Below are positions 19,855-29,975 of a DNA stretch of 64,000 nt, one piece after another. The notes beneath the pieces are model-generated. The model was not told where the DNA came from. It made no database searches and was given only the letters and a program-made list of their open reading frames with translations. The DNA lies in NCBI GenBank assembly GCA_041666325.1, contig JBAYHC010000001.1, forward strand, positions 393,708 through 457,707, read 5' to 3'. This DNA is from Patescibacteria group bacterium. GTDB taxonomy: Bacteria > Patescibacteriota > UBA1384 > XYA2-FULL-43-10 > 1-14-0-10-43-13. Every line of letters begins with the position of its first letter. The first letter of the stretch is position 1. Both the position numbers and the translations under genes were made by a program.

Positions 19855-20913
19855 CTACTTAAGAGTGGAATAGTATATACCCTTCTCGTGTTGACCATAG
19901 TACATAAACCACTTTTCGCCGATCTTCGCTAGAGTTGGGTCACCGGGAGGATTGGGAGAGTAGAGAATTTTGGCATCTTTGCTAGCAGGAAAATCTAAGA
20001 CCGGTTCCGAAAAAACGCCATCTTTGTATGTGCTATAGTAGACCCCCTTGTATGACCAAAAGTAAAGACGAAGCTCATCGTCACCTGTGGTGAGCGAAGT
20101 CGAACCACCCCAAGTAACCCATTCCGGACCATCGGCATGGCCTTCTAGTATCGCGTTGCGGCTATCGACAGCTATGCCCCGCTTCTGCCAAGTTAATCCA
20201 TCAGTGGATGTCGCATAAAAGAATAACTGGGTGGAGCTGTTGGGCGTCATCGTGCCGTACTTTTGGTTAATCATGCCGCGATAGACCATAATATAGCTTC
20301 CGTCAGAGAGTTGCATTGTTGTCGGTGCTGCGACATTGTCGATATTTAGCCCGGTTTCTGCTTTCTCGATTCGCGTTCCTGGCTCATCCTTTAAAACCAG
20401 ACCGTCAGTTGAGATAGCACTTTTAATAACGCCGGCATTTTGAAAATAAACTCGAAACGTTCCATCTAGCAATTTAACAACATCGGGAAAGGTGGCGTAG
20501 GTCTTCCTTTCCCCATCTTCCTTCGTCCAATTAATTCCATCAGTCGAAGTGGCCGAGTACATCTCGAGTTTGTTGCCCGCCACCTCCGGCTCGACAGAGT
20601 AATACATACGATAGCGCCCATCTCCTAGATCAACTACTTCAGCATCGGCGAACTTGCCAGCAATGGCTGCTTGCCCTGTCTGCCAAGTTTTTTTGGCAGA
20701 CACTTCCTTGGTTGTCGGCTCGCTTGTGTCTGTATTAATCTGCTTCTCAAGATTAGTGGATACCTCTGTTTCTTTATTACTGAATAAATAATAGCTGCCG
20801 CCAGCCAATATAAGCAAAATCACGACCAGGATAATAATCCATGTCTTATTATTGTTTTTTTTCTGGCCGCCTTCTGGCTGCACGTTCTCTGCTTCGTCCA
20901 TCAAGCCCTCCAA
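19855..20913 (-). CDS. membrane-anchored BNR/Asp-box repeat beta-propeller protein (sialidase/glycosidase-like)
   Basis: N-terminal TM. Repeated 'S-x-D-G-x-[NT]-W' Asp-boxes are present (STDGINW, STDGLVL, STDGLTWQ). Confidence 0.6.
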   Translation of the reverse strand: MEGLMDEAENVQPEGGQKKNNNKTWIIILVVILLILAGGSYYLFSNKETEVSTNLEKQINTDTSEPTTKEVSAKKTWQTGQAAIAGKFADAEVVDLGDGRYRMYYSVEPEVAGNKLEMYSATSTDGINWTKEDGERKTYATFPDVVKLLDGTFRVYFQNAGVIKSAISTDGLVLKDEPGTRIEKAETGLNIDNVAAPTTMQLSDGSYIMVYRGMINQKYGTMTPNSSTQLFFYATSTDGLTWQKRGIAVDSRNAILEGHADGPEWVTWGGSTSLTTGDDELRLYFWSYKGVYYSTYKDGVFSEPVLDFPASKDAKILYSPNPPGDPTLAKIGEKWFMYYGQHEKGIYYSTLK

Positions 20914-20969
20914 TATTTAATGTTCTTGTAGCCGCCAAGTTCTTCATCACCAACTAAAATAGCGTTCGT

Positions 20970-21467
20970 TTATTGGCACTTTTCTCTTATTTTTCCCATA
21001 GCTTTTGCAAGCTCTGTAAAGGTACCAATAGCTGTGCCGACAATACCCAGAATAATTAAAATTCGGACAAGCAGCGTCCAGTTAAATGAATAGGCCGAAA
21101 AGTCAAAGGGAAAGATGTAGCAGGTACTTATCATTACGACAATGCTCCAGATGTTTAGCAGAGCTTTTAGGGCGGCGCGGAGAGTTGAGCTATCAATCAG
21201 AAGGAAAATAATGTTGGCAACAATGGTTGCAATGGAGGATATATAGAAAAGTGTTAGTGTTGCTGAAAATGAATCAGTTACAAACGGCAGCCATCCCTCA
21301 AGTCTACCGTAGATCCAAAGTAGAATAATGCTAGCAATGATGGTGAAAATATATTCAGCCGGCTTCTCGATTCTTTTGCCGATTTCATCCCCCCTCGTCT
21401 CCCACTCCTTTTCAACTTTTTTGCCCCACGCTTCTGCTTTTTGTCCCCACTCTTCTTCTTTGGTCAT
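20970..21467 (-). CDS. integral membrane protein, hypothetical
   Basis: 165 aa. A charged N-terminus is followed by 4 TM segments. Confidence 0.45.
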   Translation of the reverse strand: MTKEEEWGQKAEAWGKKVEKEWETRGDEIGKRIEKPAEYIFTIIASIILLWIYGRLEGWLPFVTDSFSATLTLFYISSIATIVANIIFLLIDSSTLRAALKALLNIWSIVVMISTCYIFPFDFSAYSFNWTLLVRILIILGIVGTAIGTFTELAKAMGKIREKCQ

Positions 21468-21591
21468 GCGCTCCCTTCTTGTCCGTTTGTCTCCAAATAT
21501 TATTACTAGGTCTTTTGATTATACTCTTCCGTTCCGAGATTACTAAATATTTTCAAAGAATTTTGATCCGAGGAAAAATGGCGGAAGTATA

Positions 21592-21870
21592 TCAACGATG
21601 AGGACAGCCAGGCCAACAGCATGGACGGCGTTTTCCGGCAAACAGCTCCGACCGCACCCTCTCAATATGGCTAATTCTCGTCTCTGGTTTTTTGACGGAT
21701 TCCACCCAACAGATCCACTCATTGCGTGCCAACGGGGTTAAAGCTTCCCATGCTGCTTGTACCTCCGGAGTGGAAACGAGAGCCTTTTTTAAGTCCTCCG
21801 GGACATTGTGAACAACGCCACCGCTAATTTCTTTATTTGTCATCATAAGATACTCGATTAATAACTCCAA
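21592..21870 (-). CDS. YdeI/OmpD-associated family-like protein
   Basis: '...LARNEWICWVESVKKPETRISHIERV...' matches the YdeI-type C-terminal domain. The start may be the internal MMTNK codon. Confidence 0.45.
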   Translation of the reverse strand: MELLIEYLMMTNKEISGGVVHNVPEDLKKALVSTPEVQAAWEALTPLARNEWICWVESVKKPETRISHIERVRSELFAGKRRPCCWPGCPHR

Positions 21871-22031
21871 AGGAGCGTTTGTTTCTTGAGATTTACAGTA
21901 TGTACCAAATCCATGTCGTCTTCTTTATGGATTCAGCCAGAAATAGATGGTAATGACAGCAAGTACAAGTAGAATGCCAAAGACTAGGTCGACCAACGAT
22001 TTCTCGTTTTCATATCGTTATTAACAAAAAA

Positions 22032-23255
22032 TTACCGATAATATATTATAGCGCCATCTTCGGGAAATGTTGCTGGACAGCTTCCTGATGCACTATAGTT
22101 CATTTTCATCTCCATGTCTGAAACAACCTTAAAGTAAGCGTAGCCTTGAGTTTTTTTGTCATCGCTCCAAATTGTCAAATCATAGCAATGGAAATCGGTC
22201 ACAGTAGCCGGATCTTGGTAGCTCTTGTTGTTCACGCCCAGAACATAACGCTGTCTGTTTGTCTCGTAGAGCACAATCTCATTTGCCGAAGTTTTATAGA
22301 CTGAAAAAGGTGTCGCGTATGATCCCTGATAGTCGTCCTTCATCCCCTCTTTATCCAGGTGCCACAGGCCAGAGATACTGCCTTTTGCATCCTTTGAGTT
22401 GGTACCGCAAGTCTTGGACTGGCCGGCTTTAGAGTATCCCATCAAGGCGAGATAAAATGCCTTCTGCGAATCTTCATAATAGTCAAATGGGCAGACAGCG
22501 TTAACATAATCGTACTGGTTTCTTAATTTTTCATACCTTGCCTGATTAACGAAAGCATTTGTTTTTTGATTGTCGCGAAGATAAATATTCCAATTGTGGG
22601 CCTCTCTTGTTCCTGAGGTTTTGGCAATAAGTTCCCCGGCTTTGAATGAAAGTTTCTTGATCGGCGGGACATAGCCTGAATTTGGCGTGGGAGGAGTAAC
22701 TGCTTTTATCTCGTCTGGAACCCAAGAGATATGATCGAAACTGAGTTTCATGTCCTTTGAGATTCTAAAACCCAAATGCCACTGGACGGGACGATCGGGA
22801 ACTTGCGGATCAGGGGCATAAGAATAATCCTCGAGCGTCATATCAATCGGCGCGTAGACTTCCATTGGCTCGGCGTTGCCGTTAGCATCTTTTTTGAGAT
22901 TAATACCGAGCCCATTGATCGGTTGCGTCTCGACATAGCCGCCATTGAGCTCGCCCAGAGGAGTGATATGGCTGACCTTCTCCGGATCAAAGATCCTAGC
23001 ACTAAAGACCACCTCGGTATCGCTTGATTGTGCCTCGTCACTAGAGCTTTCCGTTTGGCTGGTTTGGGGCACTAACTCACCTGCAATTTGAGCTGTTTTC
23101 ACTGATTGCTCCGACCTTCTCTCGCCGCTCCATTTCCCAAGAGCAATGATTGCCAATCCCACAGCTAATACAATCCCCAAACAAATCCACCACCGCTTCG
23201 ATTTATCAGCTGGGCGTACTAAATCTTTTTCATTTTCCATAATTCCTCGTATCAA
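22032..23255 (-). CDS. secreted degenerate LytM(M23)-like protein, paralog family member
   Basis: N-terminal TM anchor. It has 'VYAPID', 'KAGELIAKTSGT' (M23 'V.xGxxIGxxGxTG') and 'CPFDYY', but HxxxD and HxH are absent. It ends with '...SGSCPATFPEDG'. Confidence 0.55.
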   Translation of the reverse strand: MIRGIMENEKDLVRPADKSKRWWICLGIVLAVGLAIIALGKWSGERRSEQSVKTAQIAGELVPQTSQTESSSDEAQSSDTEVVFSARIFDPEKVSHITPLGELNGGYVETQPINGLGINLKKDANGNAEPMEVYAPIDMTLEDYSYAPDPQVPDRPVQWHLGFRISKDMKLSFDHISWVPDEIKAVTPPTPNSGYVPPIKKLSFKAGELIAKTSGTREAHNWNIYLRDNQKTNAFVNQARYEKLRNQYDYVNAVCPFDYYEDSQKAFYLALMGYSKAGQSKTCGTNSKDAKGSISGLWHLDKEGMKDDYQGSYATPFSVYKTSANEIVLYETNRQRYVLGVNNKSYQDPATVTDFHCYDLTIWSDDKKTQGYAYFKVVSDMEMKMNYSASGSCPATFPEDGAIIYYR

Positions 23256-23269
23256 GTGTAAATAATTTA

Positions 23270-24445
23270 CTATCTTTCCCAGGCTTCGGCTTGGTTTTCA
23301 GGGAAAGTTGCTGGACAGGAACCGCTGCCGGTAGCTACCGACATTTCAGTTTCGGAATTCAGTTTGATATAAGCCCATTTACCTGTGTCGGAGTAACAAG
23401 CACTATTACCGGGCGTGACGTTTTCAGGCATAACTTTTGCCTTGTAATCGCGAACGGAAAAGTTACCCGAACCATTCTCACGTCGGTTGATCTCAACTCG
23501 CTTGGCGAGTGTGCCAATTTCTAGCCATTTACCACTAGTATCGGTCGCATCGCCTTGAAACCAGCCGCCAGCGGCGGTGCCGGCGACGTCATGCGAAGGG
23601 CTACCGCAGCTGAGTGGTTCAAGGACCTGGCCGTCTTGCGAACGCATTATGTCATAGTACTTTGCTTTTAATTCGTCACTAAAGTAATCGTACGGGCAGT
23701 CGGCAGTGACGACCTGGTCCCATTTCCAGCGGACAGGATTTATATGGGGAACGGTTTTGGCGCTGTTGAGCAAAAAGAGATCAAAAGATCCGGCCTGGGG
23801 AGTGCCGTCGGTATAGCCAACAAGCTCGCCTGCTTTGACCGGGATCGAGACATATTTTAGATCGTTTGATCGGCTTGATGGCTCGGCCGGTGCATAGGCC
23901 TTAATCTTGTCGACGACGTCATCAATATGGTCAAAGTTAAACGTCACCTCGCAACTGATCCTAAATTCGAGGCGATATTCGCCCGGTGCAGCGGGATTGT
24001 TGGGGTCGCGCCGGGCATAAACGAGCGATTGAATGGTTGTGTCGATCGGGGCATAAAGCGGCGTTTTGATCCGGCTTGCGCCCTCACCCTTGACCTGGAC
24101 GTAGCTCCGGCCAGGCGAGCCAACCATAATACCGCCGATCGGATTAACCTGTTTGATGTTTTCAAGATCGGTGAACCCGGAGGTAAAGACAGGCTTGGGA
24201 TTACTTTCACAACTTTTATCACTTGGCCCTTTTGATTGATCGGAAATCTGTCCGAATTGAATTCCATTCTCTGGTCTTCGTATTTTCCCTGTCTTCAACC
24301 CAAATGCTATTAACGCCAGCAAAGCAAGGAAAGCAATAAAAAGAATCCACAGGCTTCGCTTCCTTGACTTGCCCCGTGAAATTCTACCTGCAGCAGACTC
24401 GCTATGCAAGATTTCACTGCTTAAATTGCTTGGTTCTTTCTCCAT
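23270..24445 (-). CDS. secreted degenerate LytM(M23)-like protein, paralog
   Basis: It carries 'LYAPIDTT', 'KAGELVGYTDGT' and 'CPYDYFSDELKAKY', and ends with '...SGSCPATFPENQ'. Confidence 0.55.
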   Translation of the reverse strand: MEKEPSNLSSEILHSESAAGRISRGKSRKRSLWILFIAFLALLALIAFGLKTGKIRRPENGIQFGQISDQSKGPSDKSCESNPKPVFTSGFTDLENIKQVNPIGGIMVGSPGRSYVQVKGEGASRIKTPLYAPIDTTIQSLVYARRDPNNPAAPGEYRLEFRISCEVTFNFDHIDDVVDKIKAYAPAEPSSRSNDLKYVSIPVKAGELVGYTDGTPQAGSFDLFLLNSAKTVPHINPVRWKWDQVVTADCPYDYFSDELKAKYYDIMRSQDGQVLEPLSCGSPSHDVAGTAAGGWFQGDATDTSGKWLEIGTLAKRVEINRRENGSGNFSVRDYKAKVMPENVTPGNSACYSDTGKWAYIKLNSETEMSVATGSGSCPATFPENQAEAWER

Positions 24446-24577
24446 AAAACCCTCCCCAGGTGGTGTCGTCCTGAACTTGCCCGCCCTGAGCGAGGCCGAA
24501 GGGATTCAGGGTCCAGTTACTTATTCTTCGAGCAGAGTCTAGAGCGCCCTTTTTTAGCGCTCTAGTAAAACACAAAT

Positions 24578-26152
24578 TTATGAGTCCTTGCCGGCGTAAT
24601 AATTGCTGCAAATGTCCGGGGCGTTAGCCTTCATCTCCGGCCAGTTGGTGTTGGCCCACCATGTTTCTAATGAGCTTTTGGCGCTAGCCGAGAAATAGGT
24701 CAGAGGGCAAAGCCGGCCATCAATAAAATTTTGGTTTGTGCCTTCGCTTACATAACCAAACTCCCAGTGGATCATCCGAAAGTTTGGCTTATCAGTGACT
24801 GCAGCAGGGTGTTGGGGGTAACCGATAACGTCTCCCGCCTTGACTGCTTCACCCACCTTTAGCCCCTCCCTAACGCTACTCATCTCAGTATAATCAACGC
24901 CGTAGCGGCCGTTCTCTGTTGCTACATCCCAGGTGCCAACATGATTGGTGCCAGCCCTGATCTCTGTCACGGTCGCGTCCATTGAAGCGATGATGCTTGG
25001 GAGCGAATCAGGATTATCCCACTGGAAATCGATCCCGGGGTGGCCATACGGCAGTGAGTGAAACAGTGTTTCGCCCATCGGCATGATACCGTCTGGCTTC
25101 GGTGAACCAGAGACGGGCAAGTAGAGCACCGGCCTGGCTTGAGGTACTGGCGTTTCCGGTGCCGGCGTTGACTCGGCTGGCGCAGACTGTGCCGCAGACT
25201 GGCTGCTCTGGCTTGAAGATTGGTTGCTACTTGAATTCGACACTGGATTAGACTGTGCCGGAGATTGAGCTGTAGCTTTTGGTTGCTCCTCTTTTTTTGC
25301 CTCAGCTTGATTGCGCTGTTCATTCGCAGCTTGTCTTGGGTCAATATAACCGCTCAAATAGACAAAGTGCTTGTCCGGTTCGGTGCTATCATAATTGATT
25401 GCAAACTGCTCCCCATTGCATTGCAACGGCTGAGCATCCCGCTCTTCTTTAGTGATAATAAAATCATTTCGCTCCTTCGCGCCGCGTTCTTGATAGTTGG
25501 CAAAGATATTGTCCGGCATTACTGAGAAATAGGAAATCAGTTCTTCGTTAAACTTGGACCCTCTAGTGATGGCAATATCGGTATTCTGGTTCAAGCCGAT
25601 CTGGCCGATCGGCTGTCCGGACTGCACCTTGGTTCCTTTGCCAAAGCCAGGCAACAAATAGACATGAAAAAGCCGAACAGTGTAACCCTTGGCACTGTCG
25701 GGACGGATGTAAACCTGTTTGCCGATCGGGGTCCGCTCCTCCCCGACTGAAACAATCTCGCCATCAACCGGGCTAAAAATATCGATGCCCTTACCCGGAG
25801 AAGGAGGCTTGGGGAATCCGTTGTTTTCCGTTCGCTCGCGCTCGACCTCTGGCGACCATTGGACATTGAAATAATGCTTCATGCTGCGACAAGTTTCGCC
25901 CTGGCCAGAAAAATCATGTCCTGAGCCGGACCGAAATTTGGAGATCGAAAATATGTATTTTAAATCAATAAAATCGGCTTGGATGAACTGAGGTGGTGGG
26001 CTGTCATCTTTCTCTCCGAAACCGACCCCGGTAACCTTAAGAGCTATAGCGACAACGAGAAGCAACAATACGGCACCCAATATTATCCACAGCCATTTCT
26101 TTGGACGATTAATCGGCTGCTCTGACAAGGCCTGGTGGTTTTCACCCTCCAT
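24578..26152 (-). CDS. secreted protein with two LytM(M23)-like domains and a Ser/Ala/Gln/Pro-rich linker
   Basis: Domain 1 ('KVQSGQPIGQIG') lacks HxH. Domain 2 has HxxxD ('HPGIDF'), 'VKAGDVIGYPQ' and a partial 'MIHWEF'. An N-terminal TM is present. Confidence 0.55.
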   Translation of the reverse strand: MEGENHQALSEQPINRPKKWLWIILGAVLLLLVVAIALKVTGVGFGEKDDSPPPQFIQADFIDLKYIFSISKFRSGSGHDFSGQGETCRSMKHYFNVQWSPEVERERTENNGFPKPPSPGKGIDIFSPVDGEIVSVGEERTPIGKQVYIRPDSAKGYTVRLFHVYLLPGFGKGTKVQSGQPIGQIGLNQNTDIAITRGSKFNEELISYFSVMPDNIFANYQERGAKERNDFIITKEERDAQPLQCNGEQFAINYDSTEPDKHFVYLSGYIDPRQAANEQRNQAEAKKEEQPKATAQSPAQSNPVSNSSSNQSSSQSSQSAAQSAPAESTPAPETPVPQARPVLYLPVSGSPKPDGIMPMGETLFHSLPYGHPGIDFQWDNPDSLPSIIASMDATVTEIRAGTNHVGTWDVATENGRYGVDYTEMSSVREGLKVGEAVKAGDVIGYPQHPAAVTDKPNFRMIHWEFGYVSEGTNQNFIDGRLCPLTYFSASAKSSLETWWANTNWPEMKANAPDICSNYYAGKDS

Positions 26153-26201
26153 TTCGCCTCCGTTAAATTAGAAAAAGTTAAAGGTCACAGTGGCGACCGC
26201 A

Positions 26202-26232
26202 ATAATTGTTACCCCCATTATACTCTTCTCCA
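26202..26232 (-). promoter_or_regulatory. candidate promoter, -10 GAGTATAATG on minus strand
   Basis: The plus strand reads 'cattatactcttctcc', which on the minus strand is GGAGAAGAGTATAATG. It lies about 60 nt upstream of the ATG of the 24578..26152 gene. The same 'GAGTATAATG' recurs upstream of the EEP gene. Confidence 0.35.
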
Positions 26233-26287
26233 TAAATAAGCAAACTGGTATTGTTGTACGCTGACTGTAATTTTTAAGGAGATTATT

Positions 26288-26797
26288 ATGGGAAATATCA
26301 ATCAAAAAATCACCCCGTCCTTGTGGTTCGACCAAGAGTGCGAAGAGGCGGTCAATTTTTATGTCGGTGTTTTTAACAGCTCGCCAACCAAAAAGCAGGA
26401 TTCGAAAGTTGTTTCGATTGCTCGTTACGAAGAAGGAATGGAGACACCAGGAGATATGACCGGCAAAGTCTTAACGGCGATCTTTGAGCTCGAAGGCCAG
26501 CGTTTTATGGCGCTGGATGGTGGTCCGATATTTAAATTCAACGAAGCAATTTCGTTCCAAGTGGAGTGCGAAGATCAGGCAGAGGTCGATTACTTCTGGA
26601 CCAAGCTCTCTGCTGTTCCGGAATCCGAACAGTGCGGCTGGCTGAAAGATAAATTCGGCCTCTCCTGGCAAATCGTCCCCAAGCGATTGGGCGAACTAAT
26701 GAGCGATCCCGACAAAGAGAAGGTGGTCAGAGTGACTAACGAAATGCTTAAGATGAAAAAGATCATCATCGCCGACCTAGAAAAAGAGGCTTCTTAG
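26288..26797 (+). CDS. VOC-superfamily protein (PhnB-like, 3-demethylubiquinone-9 3-methyltransferase domain)
   Basis: 'ITPSLWFDQECEEAVNFY' and '...CGWLKDKFGLSWQIVP' are hallmark segments of PF06983-type proteins. AAGGAG RBS. Confidence 0.75.
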   Translation: MGNINQKITPSLWFDQECEEAVNFYVGVFNSSPTKKQDSKVVSIARYEEGMETPGDMTGKVLTAIFELEGQRFMALDGGPIFKFNEAISFQVECEDQAEVDYFWTKLSAVPESEQCGWLKDKFGLSWQIVPKRLGELMSDPDKEKVVRVTNEMLKMKKIIIADLEKEAS

Positions 26798-26821
26798 CAG
26801 CTATCGCCCCAACACGTCGTT

Positions 26822-27586
26822 CTACAATTCGCAAATTACCGGCAAATGGTCGGAGGGTGTTCGCTCAATATTGTCTGAAGATAGGTATTTTGAATCATCA
26901 ACTTCAAGATTGCCACCACTTAAATTTGAAAAAATGAAATCAATACACTTTCTGGGCGGGTGTACCTCCGACCAGTCAAATACCGTCTTGGCATCTAAGC
27001 AATTACCATCAATCAAAGTAAAATGTTCACGTAAAAGGGTCAATTGGGGACTATTAATATCTCCGTTGAAGTCGCCAGTGATAATGTAATTTTTTGGCGA
27101 TAGTTTGGCAATAATATTTGATAAAGCTTCTGCTTCCCTAGTTGCTACTTCCTGTGATAAATGGTCAAAGTGAGTATTGAAAATGGAGATCTCTGTCTTG
27201 CCATCAAAGAGCAATTTTAAATAGGTAACAGTGCGATGGTGCCTACTTTGACCGGGCAGCTTACTCGCCCGGCTCGGCGTCTCAGTCAGATAATAATAAC
27301 CTTTTTCGATCACTGAGAACTTCTCAGTATTATAAAAAATCGAGTTTGCCTCGCCGGCAATGTCAGCATTAAGATCCTCATTGTAAAATCCCCAGACTTC
27401 CAGACCGGGAAATTGGCTTTTTAAGTATTTTACTTGCTCTGGATGGTCTTCTTGGACACAAAGCAGATCAGGATTATACTTTCCGATCAATTCAGCCAAC
27501 GGCTGCTTTCGATTTTCCCACCGGTTAGCCTCTTCCCCCTCCTCGCCAAGTCGCCTGATATTGTAAGAAATTACTTTAATTTTCAT
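26822..27586 (-). CDS. endonuclease/exonuclease/phosphatase (EEP) family protein
   Basis: 'MKIKVISYNIRRL...DLLCVQE' and the C-terminal 'SDHLPV' are EEP signatures. Confidence 0.8.
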   Translation of the reverse strand: MKIKVISYNIRRLGEEGEEANRWENRKQPLAELIGKYNPDLLCVQEDHPEQVKYLKSQFPGLEVWGFYNEDLNADIAGEANSIFYNTEKFSVIEKGYYYLTETPSRASKLPGQSRHHRTVTYLKLLFDGKTEISIFNTHFDHLSQEVATREAEALSNIIAKLSPKNYIITGDFNGDINSPQLTLLREHFTLIDGNCLDAKTVFDWSEVHPPRKCIDFIFSNLSGGNLEVDDSKYLSSDNIERTPSDHLPVICEL

Positions 27587-27703
27587 ACCGCGTTATTTAT
27601 GGCTTAAGCAGTGCGAGAACTTCATATTTCTTACATTATACTCTTGCCAACTGTAAAACTAAAATCACCCTTCGACAAGCTCAGGGTGATTTTAGGCGAC
27701 CGT

Positions 27704-27910
27704 TTAGAGCAGGCCGGCGAGGTGCAGCAGATAAAGGAAGATGCCAAGCGGAACGATGAAGATTGCCCAACCGAGTGACAATCCTACTGGCGAATTCCAC
27801 TCGTCCCAATGGGCCCTGCGTGGCTTGAACCAGTAGTCCGGTTCTTCCAACATCTTCTTCTGCATTGCTTCTTCGTGAGCCTTATTGAACTCTTTTCTGT
27901 CCATAAGCAC
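27704..27910 (-). CDS. small membrane protein
   Basis: 68 aa. A charged N-terminus is followed by 1-2 TM segments. Confidence 0.35.
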   Translation of the reverse strand: MLMDRKEFNKAHEEAMQKKMLEEPDYWFKPRRAHWDEWNSPVGLSLGWAIFIVPLGIFLYLLHLAGLL

Positions 27911-28232
27911 CCCAACAAGTTAAGTTGATAGACTATTCAACTCGACCCTTCGACGAGCTAGAGAGCAAGTCAAAGCATGAATAGTTGGGGCCCTTGATTT
28001 AGTGTTGGACTCCTTTGTTTGTACCCCAAGGGCAGGACAGGAGCATATAATCCAATGGCTGAAATATACCTTATTAGAGACTGTAGATCAAGGAACAGAC
28101 CCTTTTTTGAAGGAGGGCGAGAGTGGTTACCGGCCCCATAACGCTTCTCCCCCGCTGCTGTCATTCCAGTGAAGGCCGGAATCGACTCCTTTCGTTTTAA
28201 GCGCTAAACCGCATGTCGTAACTTAGCTTCAT

Positions 28233-29030
28233 TTATGGAGTATTTGCAGTTTTCTTCTTCTGATAACCTTTTTCGTGCAAAAGTTGAGCAAAAAAAGCCG
28301 GCGGGAAAACACTTTTAAATATTCTGATTAATTCTAATATTCCCTTGATAATTTCATCGGTCGTTGTCAGTAGTTCTGGCTTATCTGGCTTCAGAATATA
28401 AATATCGTTAACCTTGGGGCGGGCGGTAATAAAAAATTCAATTTTTCCGCCGGATTGATGAGGGAAGACATACAAATGTGAAAAGTGGGTCCTTATGTCT
28501 CTAGCTGCAATACCTCTTGATCTGTCTAATGACAACAACATCTTGAGCCATGCAGAATCCCTAGCCTTTTGCAGTGCCTCAAAATACGGTTCACCAAGGT
28601 CATTCAGAGTACACCTTTTGTGTTTAAGGAAGTCTGTAAAACTACTAGGTAAATCTAACTTTGGAAAAACTAATTTGTTGATTTGTTCGATAATTTCAAG
28701 GATGCTGCGACTTTCCACGAGTAAGTAGTTAGCATAGAGTTGTAATTTATCAAATGAATCAGGATTCAGAGTTAACTCACAAGTTTCTTTGTTGTAACTT
28801 CTCTCTAACAAATCTACCAACCGATGAATTTCTTTGCCGGCTATCAGAACAAGATTTATTTTTACACTCAGGTCTTCGAACCTGCTCTCGAACAGGATCG
28901 GTAAAAATTTATCTATGGGTCCATCCACCTTTGAATTATAACCGATAGACAAAACACGGTCATACCCCGGAAAGACGGTTGTACCCGCAAAACGAACACT
29001 CAACCCGTTTTGTTTATCATTGGAACCCAT
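28233..29030 (-). CDS. hypothetical protein
   Basis: 265-aa ORF in an AT-rich context. No motif was recognised. Confidence 0.45.
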   Translation of the reverse strand: MGSNDKQNGLSVRFAGTTVFPGYDRVLSIGYNSKVDGPIDKFLPILFESRFEDLSVKINLVLIAGKEIHRLVDLLERSYNKETCELTLNPDSFDKLQLYANYLLVESRSILEIIEQINKLVFPKLDLPSSFTDFLKHKRCTLNDLGEPYFEALQKARDSAWLKMLLSLDRSRGIAARDIRTHFSHLYVFPHQSGGKIEFFITARPKVNDIYILKPDKPELLTTTDEIIKGILELIRIFKSVFPPAFFAQLLHEKGYQKKKTANTP

Positions 29031-29110
29031 AAAATTTAGTCAATGAGCACGCCCACCCGGATCCTAATATTGCGGTAAATGTAACAACTCAAATGATTTC
29101 TCATTCTGTC

Positions 29111-29758
29111 TTATGATATTTTCTGTCCAGTTTCAGCTTTGATCTCAGAGGCAAACTCCGGCATACTTTCGAACCATTCTCTTACTTCTTTGCCGATTAC
29201 ATCTTGCCAGAATTGAGCTTTGTCTTCGGCTGGAATATCGGCAAGAATCGGACCATCCACTGATATTTTTTGAAGAGACTCGAGAGGGTAACCAGGAATC
29301 CGGTTTTCGGAAGCTTCACTGGTGAAAATCCGAGGACTTTTGATTTCTTTTGTCAATATCCGTCCATCAGGATGAGCAATGCAAAGTCCGAATTCCCAAT
29401 AAGAATTTAGTGTTTCGCCATGATTGCGGATAAATTCTGCATATTTAGCAACAGCAGCTTCGTCATCCAATCGTTTTTCAGATAGGAAAGTTCTTACATG
29501 AATACCTGGCTGTTCTTCAGCGGGCAAACCTTCAAAGTAAAGGGCATTATCCATTGAAAGCACGGGCTCCCCTATTGCTTGACTGTAGGCTCGAGCTTTG
29601 ATCACGGCGTTTTCAAGAGCGCTTGTCCCATTTTCCTCAACCCTCGGTAAATCAGGAAAGTCGCCAATTCCTATCACATCAATGCCAAGTCTACTCAGAG
29701 CCGCCTGGATCTGGTTAATCTTCTCCTGGTTGGTCGTGCCAAAGATAATTTGTTTCAT
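29111..29758 (-). CDS. Ham1/RdgB-like non-canonical NTP pyrophosphatase (divergent)
   Basis: 'MKQIIFGTTNQEKINQIQ' and '...ENAVIKARAY...GEPVLSMDNALYFEGLP..PGIHVRTF' follow the ITPase family pattern. The C-terminus is divergent. Confidence 0.5.
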   Translation of the reverse strand: MKQIIFGTTNQEKINQIQAALSRLGIDVIGIGDFPDLPRVEENGTSALENAVIKARAYSQAIGEPVLSMDNALYFEGLPAEEQPGIHVRTFLSEKRLDDEAAVAKYAEFIRNHGETLNSYWEFGLCIAHPDGRILTKEIKSPRIFTSEASENRIPGYPLESLQKISVDGPILADIPAEDKAQFWQDVIGKEVREWFESMPEFASEIKAETGQKIS

Positions 29759-29764
29759 GATAGT

Positions 29765-29975
29765 AATCCTATTCCCAAATTAGTAAACCTGCAAGGGATT
29801 GATTCCATTGTAACCACCCCTCCAACCCTTTTCATACAAATACGGGACAGGCCCTTCAAAAGAAGGGGAGAAACACGCTTCGCTAGATTCTTCACTTCGT
29901 TCAGAATGACAAGAGAGGAATGGACCCCCGGGTTGAAACACGTGAATGACGACAGAACTCAGAATGCGTATGCTT
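29765..29975 (-). ncRNA. candidate structured 5' leader (copy A) upstream of the Ham1-like gene
   Basis: This is a 210-nt intergenic region. Its 5' portion ('ttcccaaatta..tgcaagggattgatt..tgtaacc..ggcccttcaaaag.agggg') is shared with 30672-30985. Confidence 0.3.

Noticed and set aside
24446-24577. Possible additional copy of the dispersed repeat, or a terminator hairpin (CTAGAGCGC...GCGCTCTAG)
   Set aside because: It shares only short words ('tcctgaac', 'tctagagc') with the repeat family and its spacing differs. The hairpin lacks a trailing U-tract on the strand of the upstream gene, so this is only weak evidence.
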